A DNA stretch of 64,000 nt from the human T2T-CHM13v2.0 reference genome, Homo sapiens. The translations under genes and the position numbers were made by a program. This document shows, in pieces, positions 17,711-29,856 of this stretch. The notes beneath the pieces are model-generated. The model had not been told where the DNA came from. It ran no database searches and was given only the letters and a program-made list of their open reading frames with translations. How positions within the stretch are numbered: the first letter of the stretch is position 1; the number at the start of each line of letters is the position of its first letter. The stretch lies in the NCBI RefSeq assembly GCF_009914755.1, contig NC_060929.1. One strand, 5' to 3'.

Positions 17711-18149
17711 TTTGTAAAAAGGTTCAGACAACCTTTTTAAAGCACAGTTTCTTTTTTTTGCATGATGTGTTTTTCTCTTCTAAACAGGCCTGCACTCCTA
17801 TTTTAAATTATTTTATATTTTTTGAATGGGGGTCAAGTGTGGGCTGTCCTACCTGTCTTTAATTGCATAAATCATCTCATTTTGTTCTACTTATAATGCT
17901 TCAAGTTACAGAACTCATAACATTATCACATTTATTACTAGCTAAGAAAGCATTAATCATAGATGGCCATAAAAGCTAGAGAAATTAACCATAAAGTTTG
18001 CTGAAAATTGCATTAATCATATGGAATCTAGAAAATGTCAGATTACAAAAATGCTGCTTTCTTGTTAATACAAGTAGAAAAAATTGTGGGAGAGAAAAAG
18101 AGATCAAACAAAATTAATGTTATTCTTTAAAACTAGTCTACCCAATTAC

Positions 18150-18660
18150 ATTGCACAGATATATGGACTAGGCTCTGTTGTAGGCAATTTATATATGCTA
18201 TCTTTTTTTTTTTTTCATTTTTGATTTTTTTTTTTTTCATTTTTGATTTTTTTTTTTTTTTACTTTTCTTTTTTTTTTTTTTATTATACTTTAAGTTTTA
18301 GGGTACATGTGCACATTGTGCAGGTTAGTTACATATGTATACATGTGCCATGCTGGTGCGCTGCACCCACTAACTCGTCATCTAGCATTAGGTATATCTC
18401 CCAATGCTATCCCTCCCCCCTCCCCCCACCCCACCACAGTCCCCAGAGTGTGATATTCCCCTTCCTGTGTCCATGTGATCTCATTGTTCAATTCCCACCT
18501 ATGAGCTATCTTTTTTAACCTTCCCAATGACCCTGCAAGTTATACACAACCATCCATTTCTCATATATGGAAACCGAGATCTCCTAACATTTTCAAGATC
18601 ACATAGCTATTAAGAAGCAGAGCTGGAATTTTGACAATGTCTGATACTGAAATCCTATTG
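18150..18660 (-). mobile_element. MIR split by the young L1 insertion
   Basis: Left piece ctaggctctgttgtaggcaatttatatatgctatc; right piece ttaaccttcccaatgaccctgcaag...ggaaaccgaga...aagatcacatagcta...agcagagctggaattt. Confidence 0.75.
18209..18504 (-). mobile_element. Very young L1 3' end (late L1PA2 / non-Ta), about 220 bp plus a long patterned poly(A)
   Basis: Near-consensus 3' UTR with CpGs intact; non-Ta diagnostics gatgacGAGttag and cttaAagtataat. Perfect TSD gctatctttttt (18197-18208, 18505-18516) and TT/AAAA endonuclease site. Confidence 0.97.
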
Positions 18661-19559
18661 CGCCTCATTTAAGAAAAATAAATTATCACAAAACTTTGAT
18701 TTGTAGGTTGGTTAGGTTACATTTCAATTCTTAGTGCTAATATTTGACTTCACTTGAACTATTTGTCCCTTAGGCATAGGCCAGTCCTAGTCAACATCCT
18801 TTTGTGGCCTTTGGAGTTGAGGACTCTGCTTCAGAGAAGGCTTATAAAAACTAGCAGTATTGTGTATCAGTAGGAGGTATGCAGTTTTACAGGCCTAAAT
18901 TTATGAACTATTTGTAGGTCCTTTCAACATTAATATAAAGAGACCTGTGCTTATGACTAAAAATATAAAACACAATGGCTTTAAATGCAGACCTATATTT
19001 GTTATGTAGAACCTCATATGTTCTTTCATTTTGATTGTTTTGAAGTATAAAGCTTGCTGGTGGCAATTTACCCCAGTGTGACTATCGGGAGCAGTGAAAT
19101 CTGCTGGAGAGAAGCCACATGTACATTTTTCTCAGTAAAATGTAAGTGAATTATAGTGCATTTCATTAGATTTTCTTTTATATTTTCATTTCATAATTAA
19201 AAACATACCCTTGTGTGTACTATAAAGATTCCGTGCTTCATATTTTGAAAAGAATTTTCTAAAGCTAACCCCACTTTCATGACCACTAACAAATGGCCAA
19301 AGAAGTGCCTTTAGGGAGAAAATTTGCTAGAGCAGAGGATAATTCGTGGTCTTTATTTTGAAGTAATGTATGATAAGACTGAAAGGTTCTAGATTATGTG
19401 GTGTTTCTCTTCTTAACTTTCTGGCTGCTCCTTATTTATGTTCTTATTTTGATTTCATCATGTTCTGTTGACTTCACATCCGGATGATTTCTAAAATTCT
19501 GTTCTTGGCTTTTTGCTCTTCTTTTTCCACTTCTTTCTTCATGTTTTTATCATGTCACC

Positions 19560-20250
19560 AAGTATACATCAAAACTGAGTTCTAGGTCTCATTTTTAAAT
19601 TCCTGCTACAAGTAGAGACATCTCTTCCATAAGTACATCCAAAATGCCACACTACCTTCCCCCTCTCCAGCTGTCCTTCTATTCTGACTGTTTTGCCACT
19701 CAAACATCCTGTTTTACCTCAGGCACTCAGACCTGAGAACTTGGAATCCAGCTTAATCCTTGCCTTTAATTCTCTCTCCCATATGGTTATTCACAGAGTC
19801 CTGTAAGTTATTCATTACTCTAGATTGGTTTCTGCCTTTCCCTCTTCTCTGCTTCTATTCTAATTTAGGGATCTGCAACCTTGTAGTTATATAGGAAGAC
19901 TTTTTTTTTCTTATTTTGCATATCATTTAGGACTAGAAACCCTAATTAGGATCATAAATAAATAACCTATTGTAGCTCTTGCATGGTCTTTGTACATCTA
20001 CTCTCTCTAATCTCAACTCCCTTATTTGTGCTCTCTTAACATTTTATGAATAATCGCTTCTAGCAGTTGCCACATATTTTGTAGTGGTAGAAATAGGGGT
20101 GACAAGGTGGGTTGGGGAGCCCTTTAAACTCTCCTACCCATCACAGTGAGCTCTTCAAAGTCAGGGTCATGTCTCACTCATTGTTGCTTCTCCAGTGTCA
20201 AGCATGGTGCCTGGCATATAATAGAGGACTAAGAAAAGTTGAATTGAATC
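19560..20250 (+). mobile_element. L2 relic including 3' end
   Basis: gtgagctcttcaaagtcagggtcatgtc...agcatggtgcctggcatataatag...gttgaattgaat; upstream part highly degenerate. Confidence 0.65.
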
Positions 20251-21661
20251 TACAAATGTGAAATCAGATTTAATTTATCTAAGAGAAATAGTATCTCCCA
20301 GAAAAACTGGTGAGGCTTTTTGGGCTATTTCCTTGTGTTCAACCCACAGGAAACCACCAAGGGCGAAAAGGTGGTAGAGTCTAGGTTGGGGAGAGACTTT
20401 GATGCTAGGCTGAATAATTTAGCACTGATATTTTTAGAGATCGCATTTTAGAGGGATTAATTAGGTAGTGCTCTATTAAATGTCCTAGAAGAAAAAAGAC
20501 TTTATGAAGATAGTAGAAGTATTGAAATGATTCTGGTGTAAGGTTACTAGAGTCTGGAGTTTGGTAATGGAAGAGAAAATAGAGATGTGTTGGGAAAAGG
20601 AGGTTGAGTCAAGGGAAGAAAACGTTTAAAATATGAAAAATAAAAGTTGACTGTAAGATTTGAGGCAGAAGAAATCAGACATAGGAAATTAGAATTATCT
20701 TTGGGATTTATTCTGAGCCACGCCACTATGACTGCAGATGGAGCTATTCCCAGTAAAGTGTAAGGATGGACTTTTGGAACTTTTTCAGCTATCTAGGATC
20801 TGATGCACATGAGTTGTAATCCTTAAGAGAGGGTTGGGGACTGAATTTACTTTGGAATACTTTTCATCAGAATTCCTTTTCTTCAGCTGTTTTCATTCCC
20901 TCAGAAGAATAGGATAACTTACATTTCAGCACTTATTTTATTTTTTTTCCCAAATGCCAGTGTCGTTTGAGAAAACAAAACAAAGCAAAAAACCCAAAAA
21001 TCTTCCGTGTAAATTCTGTCCTCAGAGCAGTTAGAAGATAATATGTTGTGATATTTTAGGCATTAAGTAATTTGTTGATTTTGTCCAAGTTCCATTGATG
21101 ATTTTACTTAAAATTCTTCAAGAAATTTTTTCTAAGAATCTTTGTCCTTACAGAGTCTCCAGGAGCAAAAAGTTCTTAAAAGGATGATTGTATGCAATTC
21201 CAGAGAGTGAGTTGGAGGGATTCACTCTTCAAGGTGTTATATAACTTTAAAGGATTTGTTTAAAAAATAGTTTAAGTCCTGTGCCATGAGCAAAATGGGG
21301 TCAGAATATATTATTCACTCTGCAGCTTGGATTTCAGAGAAAATGCAATTATGCATTTTTGCAATTTTCTTTTTAACAAATCTAGTATTCCTCTTGGTGC
21401 TCATTTGTTGGGGTTGGGGAAGAGAAAGCAGTGAAATAATTAAGTATAAAATTCAGTGTAAAGCACGTATGATGTGGCCATGTAAACTGGTTGGGTAATG
21501 CTTTGTACTCAGATTGCTATCCTTATTGCTCACTACTCTCCCTAAGACAGTATTGCTTTTATGGGAGAGGAAAGGGTACAGCATACAATATTTTATCATG
21601 CAGAGAAAGATACGCTATTTTTGAAGTAATTTTTACTTGTTCCTGGTCCTTGTCCACCGTG

Positions 21662-23296
21662 CAGGGCCAGCTTCATGAACATGCAGTTGTCTAGGGCCCC
21701 ATGATAGAAAGGTTTTATGCTTGATTTCATGCTCTGCTGTTGCTAATTTGAACTTCATAATAATTTTACATTCGGATCTGTGTTTTGTAAGTGAATTCTG
21801 ATGGGATGATGGTGCATGTGTGTAAGCAAATGTGTGTAAGCATCACACAATATGCATGTCTGCACTGTTCCTTCTTGCCTTATTCACATATAGCAACTGC
21901 AGTGCTCCATAAGCACACAATTCCAGTGGACCCAAATATAGTTTTGTACACTGTGTAATAATTTGCCACAAACTGAGTGGTTTAAAACAACACACATTCA
22001 TTACTAACACTTTCTGTAGGACAGGAATTTGGGCACTGCTTAACTGGATCCTCTGCTTAAGGGTTCATAAGGCTGTATTCAAAGTTGGCTGGGCTGCATT
22101 CTCATTGGGAGGCTTAGAGAGGGAACGATCTGCTTTCAACCTCCCTCATGTTGTTGGTAGAATTCATTTCCTTGTGTCAGTAGAGTTCATGGCAGCTTGC
22201 TTCTTCAAAGTTTTAAAACAATAGTTTGATGGTGGGAGGGAAAAAGGAGGAGTGTAGGGAGATGGAGAGAGAGTGTCTCTGCTGTTGCTTGGAGTTGCTG
22301 ATCTGTAGTCTCTCTTTTAAAGGGTTCATCTGATTATATAGGGCCCACCTAGGATACTCAATCTGTTTATTAACTTCAACCAACTGAGTTGGGACCTTAA
22401 TTACATTTGCAAAGTCCCTTCACCTTTGCCATATAACATAATATAATCATGGGAGTAATATCCCATCACATTCACACAGCCCACTGCATTTAAGTGAGGG
22501 AATTGGACAAGGTATGCACAACAAGGGGAAGAACACTTGGGGCCATCTAAGCATTCTATCACAGTCATTAATATGTGGAGGTTCAGTAAGACTCAAAGGA
22601 GTACACAGTAAGCATGTTACATCTACCAATGAGAAAGTGGGGATGTGAACATCCCTAAAGGCCATGCTTTCTGTTTCAAACATAATTTGCTTTGAATGTA
22701 GAAATATGTAAATGACCACTAAGAAACACAAATGACCAGAGGACCCTATCATGTCCTTTTGTACCTCCCTGCATTACCCAACCACTTACACTAAAAAATG
22801 ATGACAGAGAAGGAAAAGGAAATAGTGCAACCCGTAATTCCTTTTCTTGTTAGTCCTTCTTACTCATCAATAAGGCAAAGTTAAAGACTATCAGTAGATC
22901 TTGCATACATCAAGAAGTGAAATAAAAGCAGTTGTGTTAGTTTTCTGCAGACTTTCCACTCTTCTGGTAAGACTATAATATATATTCAAATATGAGCTGC
23001 AAAAAGTGAAGCCTGAAATTTTGTTAATTCCATGCATGAGTTAAATGCTCCTATATTTGCATTTAAGACTGGTATTGAACAATATAAAGATGAATGGTAA
23101 ATTTTTACTAATAATTTAAATGTACTTACAATGACATTACATAGCAAATGAAAACACCATAACAAATTGAGACAGAGAGACTGTGGAAGGAAGGAATGGC
23201 TTTACATTTTAATACTTTTAATGTCACTTCTTTCTGTACTGTGGGACCCACATTTTCATTTTTCACTGAGTCTTTTAGATTATATAGCCTGTTCTG
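21662..23296 (+). mobile_element. MER45B-like hAT-Tip100 DNA transposon interrupted by an MLT1 LTR
   Basis: Left terminus cagggccagcttcatg...gctctgctgttgc; right terminus gggacccacattttcatttttcactgag...attatatagcctgttctg. About 1 kb after removing the LTR. Confidence 0.8.
21935..22563 (-). mobile_element. MLT1E-like MaLR solo LTR
   Basis: ccacaaactgagtggtttaaaacaacacacatt...gggaccttaattacatttgcaaagtcccttcacctttgccatataacataa...ggggccatct. Confidence 0.85.
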
Positions 23297-25370
23297 CACT
23301 TGGATGTTGCTTGTTGGGAGCTCTGCTAGCCTCCAGAAACATCTGTGACTTGTAGAGTTTTGGTCTATTTTTTTTTTTCCTTGAGTCGTATTCTCAGTGG
23401 GATTCCCTGGCTGATTTGGCTTTCACTCTGATTATTCTGGTTCTATAGACTCTCCTGAGATTGGGCTGTTATTTTTCTCAGCGCTCAGAGATCCCTCTCC
23501 GTATTTAGTGTTATCATTTATCCAACCATTCCAACTTCTGAGTTTCTTTTTCTATCTCATTTATTTATTTATTTATGTGTTCTTGGACCAGTATTACATG
23601 GGTTCTCATCTATGGCTTTGTAGTATTTCTTAATGTATGGTAAGTTAAGTATTATTTGCATTTCACGGTTGACATTGCTATTTCTGAACTTCTTTTTCCA
23701 GCATATATTTTAGAGAATATGTAAATTTCCTTACCAAACATTCACAGAAGAATTAATACCAATTCTTCTTAAACTTTTCCAAAAATCAAAGTGGATGGCT
23801 TACTTTGAAACTTATTTTATGAGGCCAACATCACCCTGATACCAAAGCCAGAAAGATACCACAAGAAAAGATGGTCCAATTTCTCTGATGAAAATACTAG
23901 CAAACCAAGTTCAACAACACGTCAGGAAGATTGTATAGCATGATCAAGTGTAGTTTATTTCTGGGATGCAAGATTGGCTTTACCTATGCAAATTAATCAC
24001 TGTGATATATCATAATAACAGAATGAAAGATAAAAATCACATAAAAAAAAGCATTTGATAAAGTTCAATGTTCTTTCATGGTAAAACCTCTCCATAAAAT
24101 GGGTAGAGAAGAAAATTTCCCCATCAAAATAGAGAGCATTGATGAAAAGCCCACAGCTAACATCATAATCAATGGGAAACTATTGAAAGTTTTTTCTCTA
24201 AGATCTGGCACAAGGCAAGAATGTCTGATCTCATCACTTATTCAACATCCCTGGAATTACTAGCAAGAGCAATTAGACAAGAAAAAGAAAAAAAGGCATC
24301 CAAATCAAGAATGAAGAAGTAAAATTATCTCTATTAGAAGACGACAGGATTCTACATGCAAAAGCTCTAAAGATTTCACAAAAATACTGTTAGCTATAAT
24401 AAATAAATTTAGTAAAGTAGAAGAATACAAAATTAACACAGAAAAATCAGTTGCATTTCTTTACATCAATAGCAATCTATCCAAAAAAGAAATAAAGAAG
24501 ATAAGCCTAGTTACAATAGCATTGAAAATAATAAGTAGAAATCAATTTAACCAGGAAAGTGAAAGATCTGTACAATAAAATTATAAAAGATTGACAAGAA
24601 TAATTGAAGAAGAGAAATAAATGGAAAGATATCCTGTGTTCACAGATTGGAAAAATTAATATTGTTAAAATGTCCATACTCCCCAAAGTAGTGCACAGAT
24701 TTAATGTGATTCCTATCAAAGTCCCAATAGTATTTTTTTTACAGAAATTAACTAAATCTTAAAATTTATATGAGACAATAAAAGACCCTGGGTAGCCAAA
24801 TCAATCTTGAACAAGAACAGTTAGAGGCATTATACTTCCTGATTTCAAAATATATTACAAATGTATAGTACTCAAAAGAGTATGATACTGTCATAAAAAT
24901 AAACATTTAAACTAATGGAACAGAATAAGGAGCCGAGAAAAAAATCCATTTTTCTACAACTAACTGTTCTTCAAATAGGGTGCCCAAAACACACAATGGT
25001 GAAAAGATAGTCTTTTTCATAAATGATACTGAGAAAACTGTATACCCACATGCAGAAGAACGAAATTGAACCCTCATCTAACATGATACACAAAAATATT
25101 AATTCAAAATGGATGAAAGACTTAAATGTAAGACATGAAACGTAAAACTTCTAGAAGAAAACAGAAAAGAAAAGCCCCATGACATTTGTCTGGGCAATGA
25201 TTTTTTTGGATGTGACCCGAAATGTACAGGCAGCAAAAACCAAAAGTAAACTAGTGGAATTGTATTGTACTATAAAGCCTCTGCATAGAAAATGAAATAA
25301 TCTAGAGTGAAAAGACAATCTATAGAAAGGGAGAAAATATTTGGAAACGATGTATCCAATAAGGGGTTAA

Positions 25371-25730
25371 TGTGTTAGTCTGTTCATGCTGCTAATAAAG
25401 ACATACCCGAGACTTGGTAATTTATAAAGAAAAAGAGGTTTAATGGACTCATGGTTCCACATGGCTGGGGAGGCCTCACTATCATGGCGGAAGGCAAAAG
25501 GCGTATCTTACATGGCAGCAGGCGAAACAGAATGAGAACCAAGCAAAAGCAGAAACCCCTTATAAAAACGTCAGATCTTGTGAGTCTCATTCGCTATCAC
25601 AAGAAATGTATTGGGGAAACTGCTCCCACGATTCAGTTATCTCCTACTGGGTCCCTTTCACCACATGTGGGAATTATGGGAGCTACAATTCAAGATGAGT
25701 TTTGGTTGGGAACACAGCCAACCCATATCA
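25371..25730 (-). mobile_element. THE1 (THE1B/C-like) solo LTR
   Basis: 360 bp with TG...CA ends and a perfect 5 bp TSD gttaa (25366-25370, 25731-25735). Confidence 0.95.
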
Positions 25731-25767
25731 GTTAATATACAAAATACATAAGAAACTCAAGCAATTT

Positions 25768-26100
<333 letters not shown>

Positions 26101-29100
26101 TCCAAATAACTCAATTAAAAAATGGTCAAAAGACTTCAGTAGACATTTTTCCAAAGAAGACATAGAAATGACAAATAGGTATATGAAAAGGTGCTCAACA
26201 TCACTAATCATCAGGGAAATGCAAATTAAATAAAACCGTAGTGAGATACTGCCTCACACCTGTTAGAATAGCTACTATCAAAAAGACAAGAGATAAAAAG
26301 TTTTGGTGAGGGTGTGCAGTAAAGGGTACTCTTGTACACTTTTGGTGGGTGGGAATGTAAACTGGTATAGCCATTATGACAAACAGTGTGAAGGTTCCTT
26401 GAACAACTAAAAATAACACTGCCATAAGACCCAGCAATACCTCTGCTGGCTATATACCCTAAGGAAATGAAATTAGCACCTTGTAGAGATAGCTGAGCTC
26501 CCATGTTTACTGTAGCATTATTACAACAGCCAAGATATGAAAAGAACCTGTGTTCATAGATGAATGAATGCATAAAGAAATTGTGGTATATATGTACGAT
26601 GGAACAATATTCAGAGTTAAAAAGGGAGATAGTGCAATTTGTGGCACATGGATGGACATGGAGGATATTATGCTAGGTGGAATAAGCTACACAGAAGAAG
26701 GCAAATACTGCATGATTTTAGTGAAATTTTAGGGAAAAAAGTCAAATACTGTATGTAGAAACAAAGAGTATGACAGTGATTACCAGGGGCATGGAGGGGG
26801 AAGAAATGGGGAGATGTAGGTGAAGTTATATAAGATGAATAAGCCTAGAGATCTCATGTACAGCATGGGAACTGTAGTTAATAATATTATATACTAAAAA
26901 TTTGCTAAAATGGTAGATTTTAGGACTTCTTACCTACCTACCCCCCACAAGTAAGGTAACTATATAAAGTGATAGATATGTTTATTTGCTTGACTGTGGT
27001 AATAATTTCACTATGTGCATATGTAGCAAAACATCATGTTGTATACCTTACATATATATAACAAAAAAGTTTCTAAAATACTCATTTAAAACCTTTACTG
27101 GAATTTTATAAAATTAACATATTAATTTGGAGTTAATTAAATCTTCAAAAGAGCATGGGATATTTTCCCATTTATTGTAATTATTTTCTCACTTGAATAC
27201 TTTTCTGTGAATACTTTTCAAAGTATTGCTATTTCTATATATTAGGGTTTGGGTTTTTTGGTGAGGATGGTGAATCTAAAGACCAATGGAAAAATTTTAT
27301 TCTCTTTAGTTAGTAGCCTTCATGTAAAAATTGCTCTCAATATATGAACTTTTCTAGATTGCAAAAACCTTTTGTTTACTCAAGTCATATAAGTTAAAGA
27401 GACTAAATTAGGGTTGTGTGTAAAATTACTGGTTATACCAGAATTACTATATTATTATTTAGTTGAAATGGCAGAGACAGAATAATATTCTTGACGTCTT
27501 ATAATAGAATTAAGAATATATGTGATTTTATTTTTTAAATATAGATTTTATTGACATGAGTAAAATGACTCAGAATGATTATTTTTTTGAAGATAGGTAT
27601 ACGCATCTATTCGAGACATGATAGAACTTCTAAATATATTTTGTTAATATTTTGGGAATAAACATATTTATTCTCTGGTTTATACTGAATTTCTCAGGCT
27701 AAAACTTTATCTTTGATACAGATTTTATTGATGCAATTAACAGTTTCTGTTATATCAAGGCATTTGAAAATTGGTAGCTATTTAAGAGTAGAAACTTAAA
27801 CATGAACTTTACTCATTATATGACATTTTTCTTTTTAAGAAATTAATAGACAAGGGAAGGATAAAAAACTGTAGTATCATCTTGAGAATTAAATGATTTG
27901 AAGAGCTGATTAATGTAGCTATTACACGTTCTTGTATAAGAAGTATTTTTAGACTTCATCATATGTCAAAATAGGGAGATGCTGGTCTTTAATCATCTAC
28001 TACACATTTTGGCTGCCATAGCGGCAAGAAATGAACTGTTATCGGTTAGTGTGATAGACCAGCGTTATCTCAAAATACATTTTTTAAATGTGAATTAGAA
28101 GTAGTAGATGGTGTAGTTTCTACTTTTGTACAGTCAAACTTCTAAAAGTGTTTTGTGAATTTTTTTGGTATGAGATCAATGTCTTTAATTTCTGTTGCCT
28201 TGAAGAAACCTTTCATTAGTGTCTGCAATTTATTTTTATTCTTCGTCCAAGACCTTGGGATGTAGTCGTCACTGGACAATAACAATGATCAAACATGAAT
28301 GTCATTGTATTGCGTTAACCTAATTCTCTCTCTTTTTTCCATCTATTCACCTTACCTACGTTCCTTAAATTTTTGATTTGATTTTCAGCCACAAAATTAT
28401 AGATTTGAGGTTTAAGATAAAGCAAGACATTGGGATTAAATGAAGAATTCTTCAGATTTTTCAGTTTTATAATGTGTGCTGGAGAATTATCAAGCCCACG
28501 AAGAACTGTGCACAATATTCTGTTCCAATGATCCCTCTCAAGCTATGGGTTTCTTTACCTTCATTCCATAATTGAAAGTATTTCCTGGAAGACCCTTTAG
28601 GATTGAGGCATGCTCAGGAAATTTCTGCATTAGGTCCATATTGTGTTCACAGATTTGCTATGGTGCTCATAAAATCCCACGGAATGAATGGGACTTGTCA
28701 ATTCTGTATAATGGGGTGTGTCAATTCTGGATAGCTTTGTGGGTTTCAAGATGCTTTTGGAGGGTTTTTGCTTACATGGAGTTGGCCATTTTCTTAAATG
28801 GTAAATAATTTGTGGTATATGTGGTCAGATCTGTTTTTTCTCCACCTCACCTCTTTAAGTTCATATTGGGTAATTTGACCTGTAACTTAGTAATAATGCT
28901 CTACTTTTCTGTTACCCTTGAGGATTTATAATGGCATTCATGAAATAGTTTTCTGTTTCTACTTTATCATCATTCACTCAGGAAAAAATTAAAACCCTCT
29001 TTTGTTAAAATAGTTAAAGAGCAAACAAGCAAACAAACAAACAATAAACCATTCTTCATTCTATATCCAATGCACATGCATTGGATAACATATAGAATAA

Positions 29101-29329
29101 GAAGCACTGTGCTAGTATGAGAATGATATAAGGCACAGTTCCTGACCATTCGCAGTTTAAGAGAAACGTTAGGAAATTTTTTCTTTGATTTTTATTTAAA
29201 TTTTATTATAAGTTATTTAACTTTTGTGACATAATAACATAGTCCATCATGAGAATACAACATATTTCCCAAGTATTAGGTTAAATTGGAGAACATTACA
29301 GAATTTGAAGATGTTGTTTGGACTTTGGC

Positions 29330-29535
29330 ATGCTCATTAGTTTGAACCTAAGATAGAATGTGAGTTATGTTGTATTTCCTGGCCAGCAGTTTTAAAAATA
29401 TTTTAAATTGAACATCTTTGGTTGAGGAATGCAGTCTCCGGTTTTGCAGGCTTTACCACTTCCAGCTCTCTTGTGCACTTCCTGGCTTTTAATTCCTGCC
29501 TTGTCCTGTAGCATTTGAGGTTGTTACTCCAGTTT
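29330..29535. mobile_element. MER102-like hAT-Charlie relic
   Basis: Terminus-like cttgtcctgtagcatttgaggttgttactcc; degenerate. Confidence 0.45.
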
Positions 29536-29816
29536 ACACTAAAAATGTCAATGAAAATTACAGAGTTATAGAATTTTCTGCTTAAAAGTTATCAATAACC
29601 TTGTCATTGTAAAGTAAATTAGTAGTGAATGGAGCAATTATATTCTTCAAGGCTAATGCAATCAGATGTATCAGTATAGCTCTACCAGCAGGTTATGCAA
29701 TGCTCATTCTGATTAGACATTGCATTCATTCTGATGGTTGGTGCCCATGCTGCCTCTACAGTTGTTACATATTTTGAATATCAACACTGATTAACGTAAT
29801 TCCCAGCATGGAGTTT

Positions 29817-29856
29817 TGTGTGTGTGTGTGTGTGTATGTGTGTGGTGTGGTGTGTG
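29817..29856. repeat. (TG)n microsatellite, imperfect
   Basis: Read directly. Confidence 0.9.

Noticed and set aside
18209-18504. L1HS-Ta assignment
   Set aside because: Carries GAG rather than ACA, and A rather than G, at the 3' UTR diagnostic positions.
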